From assembly GCF_009914755.1 (NCBI RefSeq), contig NC_060935.1: DNA of 64,000 nucleotides. One strand, 5' to 3'. This document shows, one piece after another, positions 37,430 through 50,957 of this stretch (the first letter of the stretch is position 1; each line of letters starts with the position of its first letter). Below the pieces are notes generated by a model that saw only the letters and a program-made list of their open reading frames with translations, did no database searches and was not told where the DNA came from. The position numbers and the translations under genes are program-made. Source of the stretch: the human T2T-CHM13v2.0 reference genome, Homo sapiens.

Positions 37430-39385
37430 ATATAATCAGGGCGTACATGTGCAGCTTTGTTACATAGATAAACTGTATATTGCTGAAGTTTGAGCTTCCA
37501 TTGAACCCATCACCCAAATAGCGAACATCAGACCCAATAGGTAGTTTTTCAACCCCTACTCCCCTCCCTCCCCCATTTTGGAGTCCCCAGTGTCTATTGT
37601 TTCCATCTTTATGTCCGTGTATACCCATTGTTTAGCTCCCACTTATAAGTGGAAATGTGGTATTTGATTTTCTGTTTTTGCATTAATTCACTCAGGAAAG
37701 TGGCCTCTAGCTCTATCCATTTTGCTGCAAAGGGCATGCTTTTGCTCTTTTTGTGGCTGCATAGTATTCCATGGTGAATATGTACCACATTTTCTTTATC
37801 CGATCCACCACTGATGGGCACCTAGGTTGATTCCATGACTTTGCTATTGTGAATACTGCTGCTATAAACATACTGCAAGTGGCTTTTTGATATAACAATT
37901 TCTTTTTGCTTGGGTGGATACCCAGTTTCTACTGTAATTTCTGCCTTAATTTTATTTTTACCCAAAAGTCATTCTGGAGCAAGCTGTTTAATTTCCTTGT
38001 AATTGTGTGGTTTTGGGAGATCTTCTTGGTATCAGTTTCTATTTTTATCCCACTGTAGTCTGAGAGTATAGTTGGTATGATTTGAGCTTTTTTTAAAAAA
38101 TTTATTAAGACTTGCATGATGGCTGAGCATGTGGTTGATCTTGGAATATATTCCATGTTCAGGTAAGAGGAAAGTATATTTTACAATGGATGAATGGACT
38201 GTTCTGTAGATGTCTATTACTTCCAACTGGTCAAGTGCTGAATTTAAGTCCAGATTTTTTTGTTAGTTTTCTGCCTCAATGATCTATCTAATGCTGTCAA
38301 TGGGATGTTGAAGTCCCCCATTATTATTGTGGGTCTGTATAAGTGTTTTTGTGGGTCTAGAAGTATTAGTTTTATGAATCTGGGTGCTCTGCTGTCAGAT
38401 GCATATGTACTTAGAAAAGTTAAGCTTTCTTGTAGAATTGAACTCTCGATCACAATGTAATGACCTTCTTTGTCCTTTTTTACTGTTGCTGGTTTAAAGT
38501 CTGTTTTATCTGATATGAGAATAGTGAACGCTGCTCTTTTTTGTTTTCCATGTGTGTGACAGATCTTTCTCCAATCCTTTGCTTTGAGCCTGTGGGTGTC
38601 ATTGTGTGTGAGATGGGTCTCTCCAAGGCAGCAGATGGATAAGTCTTGGTTTTTGTTTTTATTCAACTGGCAATAGTGTGCTTTTTAAAGTGGGGGCGTT
38701 TAGACCATTGATATTCAATATTAATTTTGATATGTGAAGTTTTGATCATATCGTGAAGTTGTTAGCTGGTTGCTTTGTAGTTTTGATTCTATGGTTGCTT
38801 TATAGGGTCTCTGGGCTATGTACTTAAGTGTGTTTCTGTGGTAGCAGGTATTGTTTTTTCATTTCCATGTTTACAACCCTCTTAAGGATCTCTTGTAAGG
38901 CTGGTCTAGTGGTAACTAACTCCCTTAATGCTTGATTAAATGGAAAAATTTTATTTTTCCTTAGTTTATGCGGCTTAGTTTGGCAGGATATGAAATTCTT
39001 GGTTGAAATTTCTTTTCTTTAAGAATGCTGAAAATATACCCCCAATCTCTCCTGGCTTGTAAAGTTTCTGCTGAGAAGTCTACTGTTATCCTGATGGGGT
39101 TCCCTTTGTATGTGATTTGACCTTTTTCTCTAGCAGCCTTTAAGATTTTTTTTCTTTAGCATTAACCTTGGACGGTCTAAGGACTATATGCCTTGATGAT
39201 GTTTATTTTGTATAGTATCTCACAGGTGTTCTCTGGATTTCTTGTAACTGGATGTCTACCTCTACCAAGAATAGAGAAATCTTAATTTTTTTGCTCAAAT
39301 ACGCTTTCCAGGTTGTTTACTTCTTCTTTCTTAGAAATGTCAATAATTCATTCATTTGGTCACATTACATAATCCCATATTTCTT
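37430..39385 (-). mobile_element. Older L1PA (PA15/16-like): 3' end joined at ~37925 to the ORF2 endonuclease region and ORF1 end, with most of ORF2 deleted
   Basis: ORF 38244..38666 is L1 EN domain (ICCLGETHL...IIMGDFNIPL); 3'UTR at 37430-37925. Confidence 0.85.
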
Positions 39386-39409
39386 TCTTTTTTTTTTTTT
39401 TTAATTTGA

Positions 39410-40342
39410 GACAGAGGGAGGGACAGGCTGCCATCTTTGCCATTTCCTGGAGTTGGCTGCTGCTGCCTTTGGGCTCTGAAGTGTCTGAGGTGACTGAGGC
39501 TAGCACAGCATGGCCGCCCTGTGGAGAAGTGGCGAGATTATGGTTTGCATGGGTCTTGGATCCTGTTTCTCCTCACTGTGTGAGTCCTCCTGAACAAGGA
39601 CTTCAGCCAACCCCCAGTGGTGTTCTCAGTCAGTAGCAGTTCCACACCTCCATGAAACAGAGCTCCCAGAGAGACAGGAAGGCCACCATCTTTGCTGCCT
39701 TGCAGCCATCACTGCTGCTGCCCTCAGGCTCTGGGGAGTCCAAGGTAACTAGAGACTGGAGCAGACTGGAGGAGATTCCCAGCACAGCCTAGCTGCCCTT
39801 TGGAAAAGCAGTCAGACTGCTCTTTATATGGGTCACCAACCCTGTTTCCCCTCACTGGGAAGGACCTCCCAACCAGGGACTCCAGCCATCTCCACCAGGG
39901 TTTTTGGGCCAGCAAGGGCTCCACACCTCCCTGAGATGGAGCTCCCAGAGGGAGAAACAGCCGGCCATCTTTGCTGTTTTGCATCCTTTGCAGCTGCTGC
40001 CTTTGGGCTTTGGGGAGTCTGAGGAGACTAGGGACTGGAGCAGATCTCTAGCACAGTGCAGCTGCCCTGTGGAAAAACAGCCAGACTGTTTTACACAGTT
40101 TCCTGGTCCCATTTCTCCTTACTGAGCAGGACCTCCCAACCATGGACTTTTGGGCCACCAGGGTTTTTGGGCCAGCAAGGGCTCTATAGCTGCCTGAGAC
40201 AGAGCCCCCAGAGAGAGGGGCAGGCTGCCATCTTTGCTGTTTTGCAGTCTTTGCCTTTGCTGCCTCCAGGCTCTGGAGAGTAAAAGGGCAAGGGGGTCTT
40301 GTGTGGACCCCCAGGACAATGCAGTCATTACACAGAACAGTG
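39410..40342 (+). mobile_element. L1PA15/16-like 5'UTR with about 4 tandem units of 255-279 bp
   Basis: Anchor CCATCTTTGC at 39431, 39686, 39965, 40228. Confidence 0.7.
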
Positions 40343-43300
40343 GTCATGTGCAAAAACACACATAAGCTCAAAATACAGGGATGGAGGAAGGTTTACTAAG
40401 CAAATGGAAAGAAAAAAAAAGAAGCAGGGGTTGCAATTCTAGTCTCTATAAAACAGACTTCAACCAACAAAAATTAAAAAGGACAAAGAAGGACATTACA
40501 TAATGGTAAAGGGATCAATGCAACAAGAAGAGTTAATTGTCCTAAATATATGTGCACCCAATGCAGGAGCACCCAGATACAAAAAGCAAGTTCTTGGAGA
40601 CCTGCAAAGAGGCTTACACTCCCACACAATAATATTGCGAGACTTTAACACCCCACTGTATATGTTAGACAGATCAACGTGACAGAAAATTAACAAGGAT
40701 ATTCAGGACTTGAACTCAGCTCTGGACCAAGCAGACCTAATGGACATCTACAGAACTTTCCACCCCAAATCAACAGAATATACACTCTTCTCAGCACCAC
40801 ATCACACTTATTCTAAAATTGACCACATAATTGGAAGTAAAACACTTCTTAGCAAATGAAAAAGGATGGAAATCATAACAAACAGTCTCTCAGACCACAG
40901 TGCAATCAAATTAGAACTCAGGATTAAGAAACTCACTCAAAACCACACAACTACATGGAAACTGAACAACCGGCCCCTGAATGACTACTGGGTAAATAAT
41001 GAAATTAAGGCAAAAATAAATAAGTTCTTTGAAACCAATGAGAATAAAGACACACGGTACTAGATTCTCTGGGACACAGCTAAGGCAGTGTTTAGAAGGA
41101 AATTTATAGCATTAAATGCCCACAGGAGAAAATGAGAAAGATCTAAAATCGACACCCTAACATCACAATTAAAAGAACTACAGAAGCAAGAGCAAACAAA
41201 TTCAAAAGCTAGCAGAAGACAAGAAATAACTAAGATCAGAACAGAACTGAGGGAGGTAGAAATGTGAAAAACCCTTAAAAAAATCAATGAATCCAGGAGC
41301 TGGTTTTCTGAAAAGATTAACAAAATAGATAGACTGCTAGCCAGACTAATAAAGAAGGAAAGATACAAGAATCAAATAGACACAACAAAAAATGATAAAG
41401 GGGATATCACCATCGATCCCACAGAAATACAAACTACCATCAGAAAATGCTATAAACACCTCTATGCAAAATAAACTAGAAAATCTAGAAGAAATTGAGA
41501 AATTCCTGGACACATACACCTTCCCAAGATGAAATCAGAAAACAGTCAAATCCCTGAATAGACAAATTACAAGTTCTGAAGTTGAGGCAGTAATTAATAG
41601 CCTACCAGCCCTAAAAAGCCCAGGACCAGATAGATTCACAGATGAATTCTACCAGAGGTACAAAGAGGAGCTGGTACATTTCCTTCTGAAACTATTCCAA
41701 ACAATACAAAAGGAGGTATTCCTCCCTAACTCATTTTATGAGGCCAGCATCATCATGATACCAAAACCTGGCAGAGAGAACCTCAATGCAAAAATCCTCA
41801 ATAAAATCCTGCCAAACTGAATTCAGCAGCACATCAAAAAGCTTATCCACCGCGATCAAGTTGGCTTCATCCCTGGGATGCAAGGCTGGTTCAACATATG
41901 CAAATCAATAAACGTAATCCAGCACACAAACAGAACCAATGACAAAAATCACATGATTATCTCAACAGATGCAGAAAAGGCCTTTGATAAAATTCAACAC
42001 CCATTCATGTTAAAAACTCTCAATAAACTAGGTATTGATGGAATGTATGTCAAAATAATAAGACCTATTTATGACAAACCCACAGCCAATATCATACTGA
42101 ATGGGAAAAAGATGGAAGCATTCCCTTTGAAAACTGGCACTAGACAATGATGCCCTCTCTCACCACTCCTATTCAACATAGTATTGGAAGTTCTGGCCAG
42201 GGCAATCAGACAAGAGAAAGAAATAAAGGGTATTCAATTAGGAAGAGAGGAAGTCAAATTGTCTCTGTTTTCAGATGACATGATTGTACACTTAGAAAAC
42301 TCCATCGTCTCAGCACAAAATCTCATTAAGCTAATAAGCAATGTCAGCAAAGTCTCAGAATACAAAATCAATGTGCAAAAATCACAAGCATTTCTATACA
42401 CCAATAATAGACAAATAGAGAGCCAAATCACGAGTGAACTCCCATTCACAGTTGCTACAAAGAGAATAAAATACCTAGGAATACAACTTACAAGGGATGT
42501 GACGGACCTCTTCAAGGAGAACTACAAACCACTGCTGAACAAAATAAGAGAGGACACAAACAAATGGAAAAGCATTCTGTGCTCATGGATAGAAAGAATC
42601 AATACTGTGAAAATGGCCATACTGCCCAAAGTAATTTATAGATTCAACGCTGTCTCCATCAAGCTACCATTGACTTTCTTCACAGAACTGGAAAAAACTA
42701 CTTTAAATTTCATATGAAACCAAAAAAGAGCCTGTATAGCCAAGACAATCCTAAGCAAAAAGAACAAGGCTGGAGGTATCATACTACCTTACTTTAAACT
42801 ATACTACAAGGCTACAGTAACCAAAACAGCATGGTACTGGCACCAAAACAGATACATAGACCAATGGAACAGAACAGAGGCCTCAGAAATAATGTCACAT
42901 CTACAACCATCTGATCTTTGAAAACCTGACAAAAACAGGAAATGGGGAAAGGATTCCCTATTTAATAAATGATATTGGAAAAACTGGCTATCCTTATATA
43001 GAAAATTGAAACTGGACCCCTTCCTTACACCTTATGCAAAAATTAACTCAAGATGGATTAACGACTTAAACATAAGGCCTAAAACCATAAAAAAAAAAAC
43101 CCTAGAAAAAAACCTAGGAAATACCATTCAGGATCTAGGCATGGGCAAAGACCTTATGACTAAAACACCAAAAGCAATGGCAACAAAAGCCAAAATTGTC
43201 AAAAGGGATCTAATTAAACTAAAGAGCTTCTGCACAGCAAAAGAAACTATCATCAGAGTGAAGAGGCAACCTACAGAATGGGAGAAAATTTTTGCAATCT

Positions 43301-44130
43301 ATGCATCTGACAAAGGGCTAATATCCAGAATCTACAAAGAACTTAAACAGATTTACAAGAAAAAAACAAACAACCCCATCAAAATTGGGCAAAGGTTATG
43401 AACAGACACTTCTCAAAAGAAGACATTTATGCGGCCAACAAACATCTGAAAACAAGCTTATCATCACTGGTCATTAGAGAAATGCAAATCAAAACCACAA
43501 TGAGATACCATCTCATGCCAGTTAGAATGGCAATCATTAAAAAGCCAGGAAACAACAGATGCTGGAGAGGATGTGGAGAAATAGGAATGCTTCTACACTG
43601 TTGGTGGGAGTGTAAATTAGTTCAACCATTGTGGAAGACAGTGTGGTGATTCCTCAAGTATCTAGAACCAGAAATACCATTTGACCCAGCAATCCCTTTG
43701 CAGCACTATTCACAATAGCAAAGACTTGGAACCAACCCAAATGCCCATCAGTGGTAGACTGGATAAAGAAAATGAGGCACATATACATCATGGAATACTA
43801 TGCGGCTATAAAAAAGGATAAGCAGGGACATGGATGAAGCTGGAAGCCATCATTCTCAGCAAACTAACACAGGAACAGAAAACCAAACACTGCATGTTCT
43901 CAATCATAAGTTGGAGTTGAACAATGAGAACACATGGAAACAGGGAGGGGAACACCACACACTGTGGCCTGTCGGGGAGTGGGGGGCTAGGGGAAGGATA
44001 TCATTAGGAGAAATACCTAATGTAGATGACTTGTTGATGGGTACAGCAAACCACCGTGGCACATGTATACCTGCGTAACAAACCTGCACGTTCTGTACAT
44101 GTATCCCAGAACTTAAAGTATATTAAAAAA
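40343..44130 (+). mobile_element. 5'-truncated L1PA7/8-like element (disrupted ORF2 plus 3'UTR)
   Basis: ORF2 fragments 41878..42717 and 43006..43649; small internal deletions near 41778, 43697 and 43820. Confidence 0.92.
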
Positions 44131-44567
44131 GAATTAAATTAGATAATGCAAGTAAAGTGCCTAGGACTGTGGCTGGAATATAAGGTTTGCTTACTGAAGA
44201 ATCATAATTATTACTAAGGCAGTGGCTTTCAGCCACGTCAAGTTCCATAGGGTGAAAATGAATGATGATTCTCCATGGCCCCAGACTGTGATTAAAAAGA
44301 AAAATGAAAGAGGTAGAATACCAGTTACAAATGACAAATGTTTTTAAAAATTGTTAGAGCTGAACAAGGGCATATTTGGTTGCCTTTGAAAGTAACAAAT
44401 TCCCTGTAACTCAAGCTCTTCGAGCAGATACCAGTTGGTGAATATGCTGTACAGACTCCAACACTGGCAGCCATAAGAGTCTGTGAATTTATTGAAGAAT
44501 GCTTTGTTGCTTTTTCCAGGGTCTTGACTCTTCCTATTCTTTGAGCTGCTACAGATTTATGCTACAG

Positions 44568-44672
44568 ATTATGTACTGTTTTCCATATAAAGCAGAGGAA
44601 CGCATTCAAGCTTCAGGTGCGAGTGGACAGGTGCCTAATTTCAACACAGTCCTCATCTGGCCACAAGACCAG
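44568..44672 (+). pseudogene. GLYAT-like exon A
   Basis: Frame-corrected it reads IYGTVFHIKQRNAFKLQVRVDRWPNFNTVLIWPQDQ versus recalled GLYAT VYGTVFHINHGNPFNLKAVVDKWPDFNTVVVCPQEQ. Acceptor ctacag is duplicated (AG at 44553-44554 and 44566-44567); donor CAG|gtagg; -2 and -1 deletions. Confidence 0.88.
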
Positions 44673-44813
44673 GTAGGAGTGACTGTTCTCTAACTGGGAC
44701 ATGAGCCCATTTTTTGGTGATATTTTTGTCAGAGTTGGGATGAACAACTTTTCTATCTGCATAAGTTCTCTAGTGTTTCAAAGTCTGTTCTTTTTCTTTT
44801 TGGAGCCATCCAG

Positions 44814-44938
44814 GAGATGACAGATGACCTTGATCACTACACCAACACGTACCAAATCTATTCCAAGAATGCAGAGAATTTACCAGAGGTCCTTGGCCAG
44901 CCAGGCATCATAACTGGAAGCAACATTTGTAGACTCAA
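44814..44938 (+). pseudogene. GLYAT-like exon B
   Basis: atccag|EMTDDLDHYTNTYQIYSKNAENLPEVLGQPGII(-1)NWKQHL*TQ versus recalled GLYAT DMTDDLDHYTNTYQIYSKDPQNCQEFLGSPELINWKQHLQIQ. TAG at 44930-44932. Confidence 0.95.
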
Positions 44939-45499
44939 GTTGCAGGAACATTGGGTGCCATTTGTGGGAAAGAGATAGGCCTTGTGTGGGCACAACCTTT
45001 GGGAACCAAGGTGGGGGCATAAAATTTGGTACCAGGCTGGCTTGTGTGTGGTATTTATTCTAGTCAACCAATGATAGGGGCAAAGAGGTTTATACAAATT
45101 TATAAATTTGTGGGTATCAGTGGGGGAGTCTTTGGACAAGATGAAGGCCAAAGGTTTTAGGTATTGCCTTCCTCCGAGCAGGGAGAGGTAATACTGCCTA
45201 CTTAGTTCAAGGGTCAGTGTCAGAGAGCAGGCTCTATAATTCTTTCTTTCTTTTAAAATCTCATTTAATAGAAAATTAATGATTTCTCTTAAGATTGATG
45301 ATTAACATAAGTTTGCATATGTTTGTTGACCACTCATATTCCTCCTATGCATTGCCTATCATACCTTTGCCAATTATTGTTTTAGCTTATCTTTTGTGCA
45401 TTAATTATGAATAGTTTTTTTATTGCAATATAATACACCCATAAAATTTACCCTTGTAAAGTGTACAGTTAAGTTGTTTTAAGCATACTCATAAAGTGA

Positions 45500-46420
45500 C
45501 CACTGAAGTCTCTGATCAATTAGCTTAGCGATCCTTAAATGCCTGGAACCATTCACCTCCTAGCCTTTGCTGAGGGGCTTTGTGTTTGTATTAGGTCATG
45601 CTTTCAGTTTTTAGGCAGGTAGTTTACAACTCTGCCTTAACCTTCATTTCCTGTGTGTGTGCAGCCTCAAGGTCAATTGGATCGGAGATCTTGTTAGAGT
45701 CTTCTCGTACTTCCCTGGGCATGTCCACAGCTATATGCAAACATGTAGCCTTCTAGATTCTTAGAAATTTGTCAGAGCTTTCAAAGCTGTCTATGGACAT
45801 CTCATCCCCCAGCTGATCCTTTTAAATGTTTTGTTTAGGTTTTTGTTTGCCCTAAATATCGTTGCCATGTCAGGCAGCTATGATGTATTAATCGATGCTG
45901 ACTGTTTTCAGCAGATGACTGGGGGAAATGGCTTTGCACAGTAAGCAAGCCCTGACTAAGATCATCTGAAAAAAGCTGTGAGCGTTGGGGTTCACAGGGA
46001 ACTGCCAGACATGTCAAATAGCAACAAACCTCTGAGAATGTTGCTTTCAGGGAGCTCCAAACCCATACTGCCTGTCCAATAGTTGCTAGGCTCCTGGCTT
46101 TCACCATGATTGTAGGACTGTTGGTTTATACCACGGAGCTGCGGAGAGGCCACTACGGATAGGGCAAGTCACAATACCACAAAGCTCACTATTCTCAGAA
46201 AGTTTCAGCTGCTTTTTCAACAGGTCATGGACAAAAAAACAAACAGATTCAGCTGTTTCTCTGGAATAAATCTTCTTCAGATTGTTGCAAATTTTTGGTT
46301 AATTTTTGGAGTTTTGGAAAATGTTTATTTTGGCTTTTTTCAGTGTTCTTGTCACTTTGATGAAGGAGAGGATTTTTAGAGGTCCTTATTCCATCATTCC
46401 CACTGATGTCACCCTCTAAT
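45500..46420 (-). mobile_element. Old L1M 5' region
   Basis: 'gtagtttacaactctgccttaaccttcatttcctg...'. Confidence 0.55.
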
Positions 46421-46479
46421 GTCATTTATGCCATCCCTGAAAAACCACAGAGGTCTCTGGAGAAATTTTTTATATTTTT

Positions 46480-46974
46480 TATTATGTATTTATTTTTTTT
46501 AAAATAGAGACAGAGTCTCACTATGTTGTCCAGGCAGGTAAGAACTGCTGGTGTCAAGTGATTCTCCCAACTCACCCTCCCAAAGTGTTGGAATTACAGG
46601 CATGAGCCACCATGCCCAGCCTTCTGGAGAAATTTTTTCATGACCTTTTTGCACCTACTTTTATTTGTTTACTTTTAATTTTATTTTAGAAACAGAGTCT
46701 TGCTCTGTTACCCAGGCTGGAGTGCAGTAGCATGATCATGGCTAATTGCCACCTCAAAATCCTGGGCTCAAGTGATCCTCCCACCTCAGCCTCCCAAGTA
46801 ACTGGAACTACAAGCCCATGCCATCTTGCCTGGCTAAATTAAAAACATTTTTCTTTTGTAGGGACCAGAGTCTCACTATGTTGCCCAGGCTAATCTTGAA
46901 CTGGCCTCAAGTGATCCTCTCACCTTGACCTCCCAAAGTGCTGGGATTACAGGCGTGAGCCAGTGTGCCCAGCC
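46480..46974 (-). mobile_element. Alu monomer (46480-46622) plus AluJ (46670-46974)
   Basis: Antisense Alu sequences. Confidence 0.85.
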
Positions 46975-47912
46975 TTCATCCCATTTTTAATCCCTCTTTT
47001 CTAGATTCTTTTCTTCCTGGAAAGCTCCTTTTTCTCTTTACCAGATTATAATACAAAACAGGTAAAAATAAATGGGCTTATTTACCTGTAGCATTAAGAA
47101 AGAAAATGTCCTCATTAGAGTTCTTCTCAGCTGCTTAATCCGAGTTCAAGGTCCCCATCAGTGCTTTACTTCTCAGCACTGGCTTTTAGTCATCCAGGAG
47201 CAAGGCAATCTTTCCCTTGAAGTCAGCTACCTGCCTGTGCCACCAACTGTGCAGAAAACAATTTGAAACAAGGTAGACTAGGAAGTTCCCAGAAAGGTAT
47301 GGGTAAAGTGCTGGAGAGTTTCAGAGGAGAGATAAATCATTTTCCAATCTAGTGTATTAAGGAAGGCTCTATGATAGGTGGAACACTGGAAGGTGTCTTT
47401 GAGGAATTTGTGCTTTTGAATATAGAGCAGTAGAAAGAGAAGGGTGGGAATGGGAGTGGGTGGGAGGGTGAGGAATTGAGGAAGAAACTTACTCAATTTG
47501 ACATAGGGTTGGTAATGTCATTTTCAGATTTGCTGTGATCCCCTAGAAACCTTGTAGTTGTAGAATGGGATCAAAGTTTTCTTTTTGGCATTTATTTTAA
47601 AGAATAAGATTAAAAGCACTTATAGATTATGTAACACTTTGACAGAAAGCATCTCATTTGCTTTTGAATACAGCTCTGTGAATAAGCAGGACAGTAGTTC
47701 AGGTGGTCAAGTGATCACCTGAATGAGTCGAAGTTATTTCAGGGTAAAACTGCACCTCTAAACCTGTCCGTACCTCTGAATCCCATCTATTTTTCATGCC
47801 ACTGCCTAGAACATCTCACCTACCTTTCTAAGAGGGACCTCCTGCAACTCCCTCAAGTGAATTGAGACTCTATTTTATATTGATTTGTAGCTACTTTCAC
47901 TTTTCCCTTTAA

Positions 47913-48216
<304 letters not shown>

Positions 48217-48458
48217 CACAATTTCTAAGTATGCATTTATTTATGTGGTTGCACATGTGATATCTGTCTCTCTTATTAGACTATTTATTTATTAGATCTG
48301 TAAGGTCAGGGATTGCCTGGTTTGTACACCCTTGTATATCAAGGAGCATAGTGCCTAACACTGTACTCAGCAAATGTTTGTGGAATGTGTGCATTCTACC
48401 TACAGACTTCCCCTGAGTTCTCTCTGGACATACACATTCTCTTTTGTTTCCCTTATAG

Positions 48459-48626
48459 TGACTCAGTCCAGCTTAAATGAAGTGATTAAGAATGTGGCAG
48501 CTGCCAAGTCTCTCACTGTCTCATGATTGGAACGACTCACCTTTATGTCTGGAAACTGAAGAAACTTCTTCCTTCTCTGCTTAATGAAAAGAAAATGGCA
48601 TCACATGTTGCTAAACCCGGTGACAT
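48459..48626 (+). pseudogene. GLYAT-like exon C
   Basis: cttatag|TG-TQSSLNEVIKNVAAAKSLTVS*LERLTFMSG(fs)KLKKLLPSLLNEKKMASHVAKPGD-AT|gtgagt versus recalled GLYAT SQPSLNEAIQNLAAIKSFKV...GGKPKAI. TGA at 48524-48526. Confidence 0.9.
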
Positions 48627-48878
48627 GTGAGTGACATAAAAGCTACCTCAAACGGGCATGTGCACATACACACACACACATTCTGCATTTTAAACATCAG
48701 ATGTGTCCCAGTGGAGTTGGCAGTCAAGAGAGTCACTGTAAAGATAATTCCATTTGCCTGCTGGTTCAATTAATCATATGAGAAGATCCTCATCCAACTG
48801 GTTAATCATAGTGAACGTAATTATTTACTGATGACACACTTTGTTCCTGTACTGTGCATACATTATCTCTTTTCATCC

Positions 48879-49333
48879 TGTCAAAGAAAAAAATATTCAA
48901 TGATATTTGCAAAGCTTGGTAAGGAAGACTTCATTCAGGACTATTGCAATGGTATAGGGACCACTGCAATGGGACTTTGCCATAGGGGAGAGAGACTGGG
49001 GTTAACTCTGAATACTGCGTGGGCAAGTAGAAATTTTTACAGCCAAGAGCAGGGTGGAAGTCAGTGGATGGAAAATCACTCAGAAGAAATATCAGGAGTA
49101 AGGGGAATTTTGGCTAAACTGACCTAACAGAATTCTTGCTGAAGACAGGCCGAGCTGATGAGACATCACCTGGGGGATGGTGGAGGATGAAATATTGAGG
49201 GTGGTAGATTATTGCTAAACTGACTTAGCAAGGTTGTTTGATAAAACTGGATTTTATGAGGAAGCACACAGATGGGCCTAGCAGAAGGTTCAGGAGCATG
49301 ACTAAATTTTGATTAAGCAGATAATCTTTGTCT
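48879..49333 (-). mobile_element. MER31-type ERV1 solo LTR inserted in a MIR
   Basis: 4-bp TSD ATCC (48875-48878, 49334-49337). Confidence 0.8.
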
Positions 49334-50349
49334 ATCCTCACAAACTTTCTGAGGATTACTCAGGTGAGCAGAATGGGCCTCAGAGAGCAAGAGGAACTTG
49401 CATGAGGTTACAAAGCAAGCACAAAGTAGGGCTAGAGTTGAGGTCATGTTCATCTGCTTCTAGGGCTCTCGAATTTAAGCTCCATTTTATTTATTTCTAG
49501 GTAATTTTCACGGGTGTCTGTCACTCCAGGGACTGTTTTTGGTTTATATAACTGAAAGTGCTTTTATCCTTTTGTATGTCATAGTTATTTGTCCAAAATG
49601 CTACAAATTCCAAAGCATTTCATACCCATTAACTTTATAGAGTCAGAAATAGAAGCTCAGATCTAGTAATTAACCTGGCAAAAGTTACTCAGTGGGTAAA
49701 GGATAGAGCTTTGGGTGGAAATTCAAGTCAGCCTGCCTGTAAGCTCATGATTCTAACTAGACATGCTGGGATTCTTCTGTACTGTCTCATTACTCAAACC
49801 CCTTTTCATACATCAGGTTAGCTCCAGGCTTTAAAAATTACATACAGCCAGCACTTCAGCAAGGTCCTTTGTATGCACTGAACCTTTTCTTCTGTTAAAA
49901 CTTGGGATCACATTCTCATTCATTACAAAAAATATTCTGGATCTTATGTTTAAGATAAATAATGACAGCTCTATTTATGAGACCCCCTTGACCATATTTG
50001 GTTTAACTAGAAAATGTTAGTGTATTTATGAAAATCAGAGGACAAAAGGCAGAGAACTAGTATGGGGTATGGAGAAGTGTGCACTAATTTCGCCTGTGCT
50101 TCAAGCTACCAAGGATTTCCAAGTCATTTGACTTCTGTGGACTTCAGCTTCCCCAGGTAAAAAGAATCCATTGGCTTGGGTTATCTCAAGGCCTATTTTG
50201 AGCTCTAAAAGATGGACTCCAAAGTTCCAACTATGCTCTTCAATAGATGCAAGCTATATTCTTGGCTTCCTTATTTATAAAACTTGGTACAAAATTTCTG
50301 TCCTACCTACCTCAGAGGGTTTTTTTTTTAGAATTTTAAGATTCATTTT

Positions 50350-50820
50350 TATTTTTAAATTTGTTTAATCGACAAGAATTATATACATTTATTGTATATA
50401 AGATTATGTTTTGAAATATGTGTACACTGTGTAATGGTTACATCCAGCTAATTAACATACCCATTACCTCCCACACTTATCATTTTTTTGTGGCACAAAC
50501 ACTTAAAATCTACTCTCTTAGCAAGTTTCAAGTACACAATACATTGTTATTAACTACAGTCACCATGTTATACAATAAATCTCTTAAGTTTATTCCTCCT
50601 GCCTAATTAAACATTGTATCCTTTAGCCAACATCTCCCCAGTCCCTCCCAAAGCTGCTCCCCAACTCACAGTAACCACCATTCTACTCTCTACTTCTGTG
50701 AGTTTAACTTTTTAAGATTTCACATATAAGATAGATGATGCAGTATTTATTCGTCTTTCTGTACCTGGCTTATTTCACTTAGCATAATGACTGCCAGCAT
50801 CATTGTGAATGACAAGATCT
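50350..50820 (-). mobile_element. L1MA-type 3' end
   Basis: 'cacttaaaatctactctcttagcaagtttcaagtacacaatac'. Confidence 0.8.
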
Positions 50821-50957
50821 TTTCAAGGTTTGTTGTTGTTGTTGTTGTTGTTGTTTGTTTGTTTTGTTTTTAAAGATCAAATAACATAGTGTTAACTTCC
50901 CATTGAAAGCAACTCAATGCCATTTGGTTCACTTTGCCTTTTCCTTGTTCCCTACAG

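Noticed and set aside
44858-45151. 97-aa minus-strand ORF
   Set aside because: Antisense to GLYAT-like exon B and its intron; no recognisable homology.
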